Shown: positions 17,364 to 24,872 of the stretch, in pieces
Position numbering within the stretch: position 1 is the stretch's first letter
How the letters are laid out: every line of letters begins with the position of its first letter
Assembly: GCF_017876815.1 (NCBI RefSeq)
Contig: NZ_JAGIOS010000002.1
Location: 1,500,001-1,532,000 of the forward strand
Direction of reading: 5' to 3'
DNA length: 32,000 nt
From: Sinorhizobium meliloti
Lineage (GTDB): Bacteria > Pseudomonadota > Alphaproteobacteria > Rhizobiales > Rhizobiaceae
Notes under the pieces: generated by a model
Seen by the model: the letters and a program-made list of their open reading frames with translations, nothing else
Told to the model about the DNA's origin: nothing
Database searches by the model: none
Program-made: the position numbers and the translations under genes

Positions 17364-18674
17364 TCAGGCCCGAGGATGACGACCGACTCGAGAATTGACG
17401 ACGGAAGGAGCCCCAAAGGACTTGATATAGTCCTCGATCCTGCCCGGATCGAAGACGTGGCCGTCCATGAAGCGATCGCCGTCCGTTGCTCCTTCGAGCC
17501 TGCCGCCGTCCGCGTCGGCCGGCAAGGCATCCTTGCCGAGCGCCTCGCGATAGAGATCCGGACGATAGGCCGAGATGGCCGCGTCAACTCGCTGCCTCGA
17601 CAAGGATGTCTGTCCCCAGCGCACCATCTGGCTGTAGGTCCAGAGCGCCTGACTGGGACGCGGGAAGTTGGCAAAGTCTGCATGGAAGACGAGATAGTTC
17701 TCGACGACGCGGCGGTTTCCCTCCGGGTCGATTGCGAATTCGCCCGCAAGTACCCGGCGGATGATGTTGGCCGGCGCGGCCACGTGGCGCTCCTCTGCCA
17801 GGACTTCCGCAAGGCGGCCGCGGTTGGCCGGTTCGTCCGACCAGCGGGCGGCGCGGTCGAGCGCGACGATCAGGCGCGAGACCGTATCCCTATTGGCCTC
17901 CGCCCATTCGGGACGCATGCCGATGACCTTTTCCGGTGCCGAGGGCCAGATGTCCTGCTTGGTCGCGACGATGCGGCCGACGCCGCGTTCGGATGCGACC
18001 ATGTTCCAGGGCGCACCGACGCAAAAGCCGTCGATCGCGCCCGCCGCCAGCGCGTCGGAGGTCATTGGCGGCGGCACCACGACGAGCTTGACGTCGCGGT
18101 CGGGATCGATGCCGCCGGCCGCGAGCCAGTAGCGGAACTCGTAGTTATGGGACGAGAAGGGGTAGGTGACGCCGAGCGTCAGCGGCGGCTTGCCGGCTGC
18201 CCCCGCGCTGCGGATGACCGCCGCCAGGGCCTTGGCATTCTTCAACGCATCCTCGCCTCCACCGAGCCCTCCTGCCTGCTGCATGAGCCCGTAGAGCCGT
18301 GTCGAGAGCGTGATGGCGTTGCCGCCGCGCCCCAGGGAAAAGGGCGCAATCGTCGGCGACGGATTGGAGCCGAGACCGAGCATGGCGGCAACCGGCATGG
18401 GTGAAAGCATGTGGGCCACGTCGAACTGACGAAAGGCAAGCCTGTCGCGCACATTCGCCCAGGAGACGTCCTTGACGAGTTCGAGGGTGATGCCTTCGCG
18501 CTGCGCAAAGCCGAATTCGGCGGCGGCGATCAGCACGGCCGCATCCACGAGGGGGATGAATCCGGCGCGGACGGTGCGCGAACCCTCGTGGCGGATGCTT
18601 CCCGGCGCGGGCAGGGCGCCGCCGGCGGAGAGGTTCTCGCCGCTGAATTCACTTTTGTTCGTCAATATGTTCAC
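17364..18674 (-). CDS. nasS: NrtA/CmpA-like nitrate/nitrite-binding sensor protein NasS
   Basis: 436 aa with an NMT1/NrtA-type fold (RAGFIPLVDAAVLIAAAEFGFAQREGI...), with no obvious hydrophobic signal-peptide segment at the N-terminus, immediately downstream of the ANTAR regulator. The start is GTG at 18674 with GGGAG 8 nt upstream. Confidence 0.7.
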   Translation of the reverse strand: MNILTNKSEFSGENLSAGGALPAPGSIRHEGSRTVRAGFIPLVDAAVLIAAAEFGFAQREGITLELVKDVSWANVRDRLAFRQFDVAHMLSPMPVAAMLGLGSNPSPTIAPFSLGRGGNAITLSTRLYGLMQQAGGLGGGEDALKNAKALAAVIRSAGAAGKPPLTLGVTYPFSSHNYEFRYWLAAGGIDPDRDVKLVVVPPPMTSDALAAGAIDGFCVGAPWNMVASERGVGRIVATKQDIWPSAPEKVIGMRPEWAEANRDTVSRLIVALDRAARWSDEPANRGRLAEVLAEERHVAAPANIIRRVLAGEFAIDPEGNRRVVENYLVFHADFANFPRPSQALWTYSQMVRWGQTSLSRQRVDAAISAYRPDLYREALGKDALPADADGGRLEGATDGDRFMDGHVFDPGRIEDYIKSFGAPSVVNSRVGRHPRA

Positions 18675-18714
18675 TCCGGTGTCTCCCGAGGTACCGCAGC
18701 AAAAGAGCGGCCGG

Positions 18715-19305
18715 TCACCGGATCAGCAATCCGGCGGCGGTCACGACGCTTTGCGCGATCTCCGAAATCTTTTTCTTCTCGTTCATCGCCGTCTGGCGCA
18801 GCAGCGCGAATGCCTCGTCTTCGGAAAGACCGCGCATTTTCATGAGAATACCTTTGGCGCGCTCGACGAGCTTGCGCTCCTCGAGCGCGGATTTGGCCTC
18901 CGCCAGTTCGCGCTGAAGCCGGCTGAAGGCCTTGAAGCGGCTGACAGCCATGTCAAGGATCGGCTTGACGCGCTCCTTCTTCAGGCCGTCAACGATGTAG
19001 GCCGAGACGCCTGCCTCGACCGCCGCCTCGATAGAGGCCGTGTCGGAGCGGTCCACGAACATGGCGATCGGCCGACCCACCGTGCGGGTCAGCTGGAAAA
19101 GATGCTCCATCATGTCCCGGTTAGGGTTTTCGATGTCTATGACGATCACGTCGGGCCGGAGCGTCTCGATGACCCGGGCGACACCGTGAACCTCATGGAT
19201 CACGGTGACCTTGCCGTGTCCTGCTTCGCGCAGTCCTTCCTCGATGATAGACGCGCGGATGGCGTTCTCGTCAATCACAAGAATGGTGAGGTCGCGATGG
19301 GTCAT
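18715..19305 (-). CDS. nasT: Response-regulator receiver + ANTAR RNA-binding antiterminator NasT
   Basis: Receiver domain (LTILVIDENAIRASII...DVIVIDIE) followed by an ANTAR helix bundle (LEERKLVERAKGILMKMRGLSEDEAFALLRQTAMNEKKKISEIAQSVV). Confidence 0.85.
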   Translation of the reverse strand: MTHRDLTILVIDENAIRASIIEEGLREAGHGKVTVIHEVHGVARVIETLRPDVIVIDIENPNRDMMEHLFQLTRTVGRPIAMFVDRSDTASIEAAVEAGVSAYIVDGLKKERVKPILDMAVSRFKAFSRLQRELAEAKSALEERKLVERAKGILMKMRGLSEDEAFALLRQTAMNEKKKISEIAQSVVTAAGLLIR

Positions 19306-19416
19306 GCCGTATCATGATGCGATGCAGCAATTTCCGCAATATAGATTTGCCTAAATATTTTGCGAAATACTGTAATGACTAAATGTTAGGCTAATGGGGA
19401 CCCGCTTGGCGCAAAT

Positions 19417-20148
19417 TCAGGCAGGTTCACTTGTGGAAGACGGCAACGGGTCACGTGCTCTCTCCCAGAGGCTGGTCGCATGGAACGTCCATTGGCATTT
19501 CACGTGCTCCCGTTCGCCTGTGTGGCTGCGCAGGGCTTCCAGAAGTTCAAGGCCGTCGGCCCGCTTCTGATCGACATAGCCTGACCGCAGTTTCCCGATC
19601 AGCGCATCGCCGCTCGTCATCAGTCGCGCGCGCGCAGCGATCGCACCCCAGGTCCGTTCCTTGTAGAACAAGGAGGAGACGGCTTCTTCGACGCAAGCGG
19701 CATCTTCGACGGACAGCGATCGCAGTTCCAGGAGCCGGCGGAGGGTGGCCCTGACATTGACGAGGGGAATGGTCAGCGGCGCGTAGCCGAGTTCCTCGGG
19801 AGCGTGGAGCAGTGCCACGTCGGAATCGTCCTCGGCCTCGCCAGTTACATATTGGCGAAAGATCTCGCCGATGCCGGCCATTCCGAAATCTGCGCACTCG
19901 GCCGCGCGTAGAGCACCCATGCTCGCTGCGCCGAAGACGGCCACGCCCTCGGAAAGGGCGAAGAGAATTTCCTTGTGCCAGACGGGGGCGACATATTCGA
20001 AGTTGCCGTCGATAAGGCCGATCGCCGCAGCGCCGTCGCGCACCGCCCGGAGAACATCGCCCTGCCTGGCAGGCGGGCGGATCGTGAGTGTGTCGCCGGC
20101 CAACCGCACTGCATCGGGAACGGTCGGGCCAACGAATGCGACTTTCAT
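19417..20148 (-). CDS. tfuA: TfuA-like protein (the family usually partnered with YcaO)
   Basis: 243 aa. MKVAFVGPT...RPPARQGDVLRAV...IGLIDGNFEYVAPVWHKEILFALSEGVAVFGAASMGALRAAECADFGMAGIGEIF..Y..G...DDSDVAL follows the conserved TfuA pattern (G-P-S/T, PP-x-x-GD, ID-G-x-F, HKEIL-x-AL, GASSMGALRA-AEL, G-x-IG-x-I). GAGG lies upstream of the ATG. Confidence 0.75.
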   Translation of the reverse strand: MKVAFVGPTVPDAVRLAGDTLTIRPPARQGDVLRAVRDGAAAIGLIDGNFEYVAPVWHKEILFALSEGVAVFGAASMGALRAAECADFGMAGIGEIFRQYVTGEAEDDSDVALLHAPEELGYAPLTIPLVNVRATLRRLLELRSLSVEDAACVEEAVSSLFYKERTWGAIAARARLMTSGDALIGKLRSGYVDQKRADGLELLEALRSHTGEREHVKCQWTFHATSLWERARDPLPSSTSEPA

Positions 20149-20166
20149 TCCGCCTCAGTGGATTTG

Positions 20167-20193
20167 AAAACGGCGGAGGCAGCCTGTCCGCCG
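20167..20193 (-). terminator. Candidate rho-independent terminator after the XRE regulator gene
   Basis: Minus strand reads CGGCGGA-CAGGCTGCC-TCCGCCG followed by TTTTCAAAT: a 7-bp GC stem, 9-nt loop and 4-T tract. It lies 38 nt after the XRE stop and ends 19 nt before the tfuA ATG. Confidence 0.45.
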
Positions 20194-20231
20194 CCAATCG
20201 TCGTCACGGACAGCTATGTTCATGGCGATCG

Positions 20232-20690
20232 TCAGCCATGGAGTGATTCCGCGTGGCGAGTTCCGGATTGGGCCGGGGCCTGATCCGCCTCGGGCGTTTG
20301 CGCCATAGCCGCGACGAGGGAGATGATCTTCTTGCGAAGCACCGGGTCAGTGATCTTCAGGAAGGCCCGGTTTAGAGCGATACCCTCCTTCGAGGCGACG
20401 AAGGATGAAATCTCCTGGGACTCGTGAACATCGGCAGCGGGCTTGCCCGAGTGGACACTGCCTTCGTCCTGCTGGAAGAAAAAGCTCGGATGGACGCCGA
20501 GTATGTCGGCGATTGCCTGCAACCGGCTGGCGCCGATGCGGTTGGTGCCTTTTTCGTATTTCTGGACTTGCTGAAAGGTGATGCCGAGCCCGTCGGCGAG
20601 CTTTTCCTGGCTCAGACCTATCATCAGCCTGCGCATGCGAACACGCGAGCCGACAAAGGCATCGATCGGGTTAGGATCCTTTTTGTTCAT
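20232..20690 (-). CDS. XRE-family helix-turn-helix transcriptional regulator
   Basis: HTH_XRE core VGSRVRMRRLMIGLSQEKLADGLGITFQQVQKYEKGTNRIGASRLQAIADILGV plus a ~70-aa C-terminal extension. GAGGAG lies 8 nt upstream of the ATG. Confidence 0.85.
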   Translation of the reverse strand: MNKKDPNPIDAFVGSRVRMRRLMIGLSQEKLADGLGITFQQVQKYEKGTNRIGASRLQAIADILGVHPSFFFQQDEGSVHSGKPAADVHESQEISSFVASKEGIALNRAFLKITDPVLRKKIISLVAAMAQTPEADQAPAQSGTRHAESLHG

Positions 20691-20934
20691 CTGGTAGTCT
20701 CCTCGCGAGTTCGATTCAGCTTATGGCATATAAGTTTGCTTGAATGGACGCCGCGATGCAATCAGCACGCGCCGCTTTCTGTGGCAAAACTCAACTTTCC
20801 AATGATTGCCGAGTTCGAAACGCCGGCCGGCAGTGCCGCACCGGGGGCAAGGCGCAGCATTCATGTATCGAGACGTTGTCGTCGAATCGGATAGGATCCA
20901 AGGGAACATCAGTAGGGAGTGAAAGCCTGAGACA

Positions 20935-21471
20935 ATGAGTGTTGAGTACAAATCAGAAGCAACCGCGGCACGGCGCTTTCCCGGCTCGATCGTCGTCATG
21001 GGCGTCTCGGGCAGCGGCAAATCGTCGGTGGGGGAGGCGATCGCCGAGGCTTGCGGCTATCCCTTCATCGAAGGCGACGCGCTCCATCCTCCGGAAAACA
21101 TCAGGAGAATGTCCGAGGGGATTCCGCTCACCGACGACGACCGCTGGCCGTGGCTCGCTGCGATCGGAGAGCGGCTGGCGAGCCGGGAGCCGGTCGTCGT
21201 TTCCTGCTCCGCCCTTAAGCGCAGCTACAGGGACAAGCTTCGAGAAAGTGCTCCCGGTGGCCTGGCCTTCGTCTTTCTCCACGGCAGCGAGTCCGTGCTT
21301 GCGGAGCGGATGCACCACCGCACAGGGCATTTCATGCCGTCCTCATTGCTGCAGACGCAGCTTGAGGCGCTCGAGGACCCGAGGGGGGAGGTAAGGACGG
21401 TCGCCGTAGACGTCGCCCAGCCGCTGGCGGAGATCGTCCGCGAGGCGCTTGCAGGTCTCGCCCGTCTGTAA
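20935..21471 (+). CDS. gntK: Gluconokinase (GntK/IdnK family)
   Basis: P-loop VVMGVSGSGKSSVG, then FIEGDALHPPENIRRMSEGIPLTDDDRWPWL, the classic gluconokinase signature. 178 aa. Confidence 0.8.
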   Translation: MSVEYKSEATAARRFPGSIVVMGVSGSGKSSVGEAIAEACGYPFIEGDALHPPENIRRMSEGIPLTDDDRWPWLAAIGERLASREPVVVSCSALKRSYRDKLRESAPGGLAFVFLHGSESVLAERMHHRTGHFMPSSLLQTQLEALEDPRGEVRTVAVDVAQPLAEIVREALAGLARL

Positions 21472-21659
21472 GGTTGCGTTTCGCAATGCCTGCCGCCGTC
21501 TTTGCACATCGTGCTTGGCACGCCAGCTCTTTGGAAGGAAATTAGCCGACGGCGATGTTATCGTTCACGACGATAGGCGTGCGGCGGCGACAGATCGCAG
21601 CGGCTCGCCTCTGCTTGGCGATGGGGAGATCGTGGAGCGGGCGTCGGGAGGAGATGGAA

Positions 21660-22823
21660 ATGTTTGAAGCCGGATTGAACTTCGCGCTCGGCGAGGAGAT
21701 CGATGCGCTGCGCGCGAGTGTGCGCCGCTTCGCTTCCGAGCGAATCGCGCCGCTTGCCGACGATGCCGACCGCAGCAATGCCTTTCCCATGTCGCTCTGG
21801 CGGGAGATGGGAGAACTCGGCCTGCTCGGCATCACTGCCGACGAGGCACATGGCGGTGCGGGACTCGGCTATCTCGCCCATTGCGTGGCGATGGAAGAGA
21901 TAAGCCGCGCATCCGCTTCGGTGGGCTTGAGCTACGGCGCCCACTCCAATCTCTGCGTCAATCAGATCAACCGCAACGGCAAACCGGCACAGAAGAGCAG
22001 ATATCTGCCGAAGCTGATTTCGGGCGAGCATGTCGGGGCGCTTGCCATGTCCGAGCCCGGCGCCGGCTCCGATGTTGTTTCGATGAAACTCAAGGCAGAC
22101 AAGCGCGGCGACCGTTATGTCCTGAACGGCAGCAAGATGTGGATCACCAACGGCCCGGACGCAGATGTCCTGGTCGTCTACGCCAAGACCGATCCGGCAG
22201 CCGGACCGCGCGGCATCACCGCTTTCCTGGTGGAAAAGGCATTTCCCGGCTTCTCGGCCGGCCAAAAGCTCGACAAGCTCGGCATGCGCGGATCGAACAC
22301 GTCGGAACTCATCTTCACGGATTGCGAGGTGCCGGAGGAAAACGTGCTCGGCGGCGTGGGTGAGGGCGTCAAGGTGCTTATGTCCGGCCTCGATTATGAG
22401 CGGGTCGTGCTTTCTGCCGGACCGCTCGGGATCATGGCCGCTTGCCTCGATGTCGTCGTCCCCTATCTCCATGAGCGCAAGCAGTTCGGGCAACCGATCG
22501 GCGAGTTCCAGTTGATGCAGGGAAAGCTTGCCGACATGTATGTGACGATGAATGCCGCGCGGGCCTATGTCTATGCCGTGGCGGCCGCCTGCGACCGTGG
22601 CGAGACTGCGCGTAAGGACGCGGCCGGCTGTATTCTCTATGCGGCGGAAAAGGCGACCGCCATGGCGCTGGAGGCGATACAGGCGCTGGGCGGCAATGGC
22701 TACACCAACGATTATCCGGCAGGCCGGCTGCTGCGCGACGCCAAGCTGTACGAGATCGGCGCGGGCACGAGCGAGATCCGTCGCATGCTGATCGGACGGG
22801 AGCTCTTTGCCGAAACGAAATAG
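21660..22823 (+). CDS. ivd: Isovaleryl-CoA dehydrogenase
   Basis: Acyl-CoA dehydrogenase with IVD-like sequence throughout ([49 protein letters not shown]; [20 protein letters not shown]). ATG 21660 was chosen over 21654 because GGGAGGAG abuts 21654. Confidence 0.9.
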   Translation: MFEAGLNFALGEEIDALRASVRRFASERIAPLADDADRSNAFPMSLWREMGELGLLGITADEAHGGAGLGYLAHCVAMEEISRASASVGLSYGAHSNLCVNQINRNGKPAQKSRYLPKLISGEHVGALAMSEPGAGSDVVSMKLKADKRGDRYVLNGSKMWITNGPDADVLVVYAKTDPAAGPRGITAFLVEKAFPGFSAGQKLDKLGMRGSNTSELIFTDCEVPEENVLGGVGEGVKVLMSGLDYERVVLSAGPLGIMAACLDVVVPYLHERKQFGQPIGEFQLMQGKLADMYVTMNAARAYVYAVAAACDRGETARKDAAGCILYAAEKATAMALEAIQALGGNGYTNDYPAGRLLRDAKLYEIGAGTSEIRRMLIGRELFAETK

Positions 22824-22850
22824 GCCGAATAGGTAACGCTTGGGGGGAGC

Positions 22851-24458
22851 ATGACAGTATTGCGTTCGCACATTTCGCCATCCTCGGAGGAGTTCAAGGC
22901 GAACCGCGCGGCCATGACGGAGGCCATCGCGACGATCGAGGACGCGGTGCGCCTGGCCGCAGCCGGCGGCGGCGAGACGGCGCGCGAGCGCCACGTCAGC
23001 CGCGGCAAGCTCCTGCCGCGGGACCGGCTTGCTACTCTCATCGATCCGGGCACGCCTTTTCTGGAGGTCGGAGCCACCGCCGCATATGGGATGTACAACG
23101 ACGATGCGCCGGGCGCGGGCCTGATCACCGGCATCGGCCGGATTTCCGGGCGCGAGTGCATGATCGTCTGCAACGATCCGACGGTCAAAGGCGGCACCTA
23201 CTATCCGCTGACGGTCAAGAAGCATTTGCGCGCGCAGGAGATCGCGGCGGAGAACCGGCTCCCCTGCGTCTATCTTGTCGATTCCGGCGGCGCGAACCTG
23301 CCGAACCAGGACGAGGTCTTTCCGGATCGGGACCATTTCGGCCGCATCTTCTACAACCAGGCCAACATGTCGGCGGCTGGCATCCCTCAGATCGCGGTGG
23401 TCATGGGATCCTGCACGGCGGGCGGCGCCTATGTGCCGGCCATGTCCGACGAAGCGATCATCGTCGAAAAGCAGGGCACTATTTTTCTCGCAGGCCCGCC
23501 GCTCGTTCGCGCGGCGACCGGAGAGGTCGTCTCGGCCGAGGACCTTGGCGGCGCCGACGTCCACACGCGCCTTTCGGGCGTTGCCGATCACCTTGCGCGC
23601 GACGATGCGCATGCGTTGGCATTGGCGCGCCGCGCCGTTTCGGCCTTGAACCGTGAGAAGCCCTGGACGGTCGAGCGCATCGAGCCGGAGCCGCCACTCT
23701 ACGATCCGGAGGAAATCGCCGGCATCGTCCCGGCCGACCTCAAGACACCCTATGAGATCCGCGAGGTGATCGCCCGGCTTGTCGACGGTTCCCGCTTCGA
23801 CGAGTTCAAGGCGCGGTTCGGCACCACGCTCGTCTGCGGTTTCGCCCATCTCCACGGCATTCCAGTCGGCATCGTCGCCAACAATGGCGTGCTCTTCTCG
23901 GAATCGGCCGTCAAGGGAGCGCATTTCGTGGAGCTCTGCGCGCAGCGCAGGATTCCGCTCGTCTTTCTGCAGAACATCACCGGCTTCATGGTCGGCCGCA
24001 AATACGAGACAGAGGGAATTGCCAAGCACGGCGCCAAGCTGGTGACCGCAGTCGCGACCGTGAAGGTGCCAAAGATCACCATGCTGGTCGGCGGATCGTT
24101 CGGGGCAGGCAATTACGGGATGTGCGGGCGCGCCTTCTCGCCGCGCTTTCTCTGGACCTGGCCGAACAGCCGCATTTCGGTCATGGGCGGCGAACAGGCG
24201 GCAGGCGTGCTCTCCTCGGTGCGCGGCGAAGCCTTGAAGCGGTCAGGAAAACCATGGAGTGAAGAGGAGGAGGCCCGCTTCCGCCAACCGGTGCTCGATC
24301 TATTCGAACGTCAGAGCCACCCGCTCTATGCGTCGGCAAGGCTTTGGGATGACGGCGTGATCGATCCGCGCAAGAGCCGCGACGTGCTGGCGCTGTCTCT
24401 GTCGGCGGCCTTGAACGCGCCGATCGAGGAGACGCGCTTCGGACTGTTCAGAATGTGA
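22851..24458 (+). CDS. mccB: 3-methylcrotonyl-CoA carboxylase beta subunit (carboxyltransferase)
   Basis: 535-aa carboxyl_trans domain protein ([46 protein letters not shown]) positioned between ivd and mccA. Confidence 0.9.
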   Translation: MTVLRSHISPSSEEFKANRAAMTEAIATIEDAVRLAAAGGGETARERHVSRGKLLPRDRLATLIDPGTPFLEVGATAAYGMYNDDAPGAGLITGIGRISGRECMIVCNDPTVKGGTYYPLTVKKHLRAQEIAAENRLPCVYLVDSGGANLPNQDEVFPDRDHFGRIFYNQANMSAAGIPQIAVVMGSCTAGGAYVPAMSDEAIIVEKQGTIFLAGPPLVRAATGEVVSAEDLGGADVHTRLSGVADHLARDDAHALALARRAVSALNREKPWTVERIEPEPPLYDPEEIAGIVPADLKTPYEIREVIARLVDGSRFDEFKARFGTTLVCGFAHLHGIPVGIVANNGVLFSESAVKGAHFVELCAQRRIPLVFLQNITGFMVGRKYETEGIAKHGAKLVTAVATVKVPKITMLVGGSFGAGNYGMCGRAFSPRFLWTWPNSRISVMGGEQAAGVLSSVRGEALKRSGKPWSEEEEARFRQPVLDLFERQSHPLYASARLWDDGVIDPRKSRDVLALSLSAALNAPIEETRFGLFRM

Positions 24459-24472
24459 CGAGAGGTCCCGAG

Positions 24473-24856
24473 ATGAAACGCGACAACATCAATGCCCTGA
24501 ATGCACCGCAGCCGCGCGGGGGGTATTCACAGGCTGTCAGCATCGAGGATTTCCGGCGCGTGCTTTTCGTCAGCGGCCAAATTCCGGTAACGTCGGACGA
24601 CGTCGTGCCGGAGGGCTTCGAGGCGCAGGCGCGCCAGGTCTGGCTGAACGTCGATGCGCAGCTCAAGGCGGCCGGCATGTCGAAAACCGACATCGTCAAG
24701 GTCACGACCTATCTCGCCGACAGGCAGCACGTCATGGAGAACCGCGAGATCCGCAACGACTATCTCGGCTCGTTGGCTCCGGCAATGACGGTGGTGATCA
24801 CCGGCATTTTCGATTCGGCCTGGCTCATGGAAGTCGAAGTGGTCGCGGCGCAATAG
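24473..24856 (+). CDS. RidA/YjgF/Endoribonuclease L-PSP family protein
   Basis: APQPRGGYSQAV......LFVSGQIP and a C-terminal ..EVEVVA are RidA-fold hallmarks. ATG 24473 has AGAGG 7 nt upstream. GTG 24455, overlapping the mccB stop, is the alternative start. Confidence 0.8.
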   Translation: MKRDNINALNAPQPRGGYSQAVSIEDFRRVLFVSGQIPVTSDDVVPEGFEAQARQVWLNVDAQLKAAGMSKTDIVKVTTYLADRQHVMENREIRNDYLGSLAPAMTVVITGIFDSAWLMEVEVVAAQ

Positions 24857-24872
24857 ATTGGAAAAGAGGCGT

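Noticed and set aside
17349-18404. 351-aa plus-strand ORF
   Set aside because: Antisense to nasS, which has a coherent NrtA-like sequence and a good RBS. Composition is shadow-frame.
19304-19354. 16-codon plus-strand ORF (MPYHDAMQQFPQYRFA) considered as a possible TfuA/YcaO-type precursor peptide
   Set aside because: It is on the opposite strand to tfuA, overlaps the nasT start codon, has no Cys/Gly/Ser-rich core and no RBS. Most likely chance.
19340-19360. AGGCAA...TTGCG on the minus strand upstream of nasT, considered as a sigma-54 promoter
   Set aside because: The GG to GC offset is 14 nt instead of 12, and the -24 element is degenerate.
20744-20938. 64-aa ORF filling the XRE-gntK intergenic region (four Cys residues)
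   Set aside because: Many A/T-ending codons, unlike all confident genes here. No RBS, no recognisable family. Kept only as a note under the intergenic-region finding.
21516-21531. TGGCAC motif upstream of ivd, considered as a sigma-54 -24 element
   Set aside because: No GC dinucleotide lies at the required offset (the sequence is TGGCACGCCAGCTCT, with GC one position off and no TTGC), so it does not fit TGGCAC-N5-TTGCW.
21558-24029. 823-aa ORF on the minus strand, the longest ORF in the window
   Set aside because: It is fully antisense to ivd and mccB, which have unmistakable family motifs. The translation is Arg/Ala/Gly/Pro-rich low-complexity with no recognisable domain. This is the typical shadow ORF of a high-GC genome.
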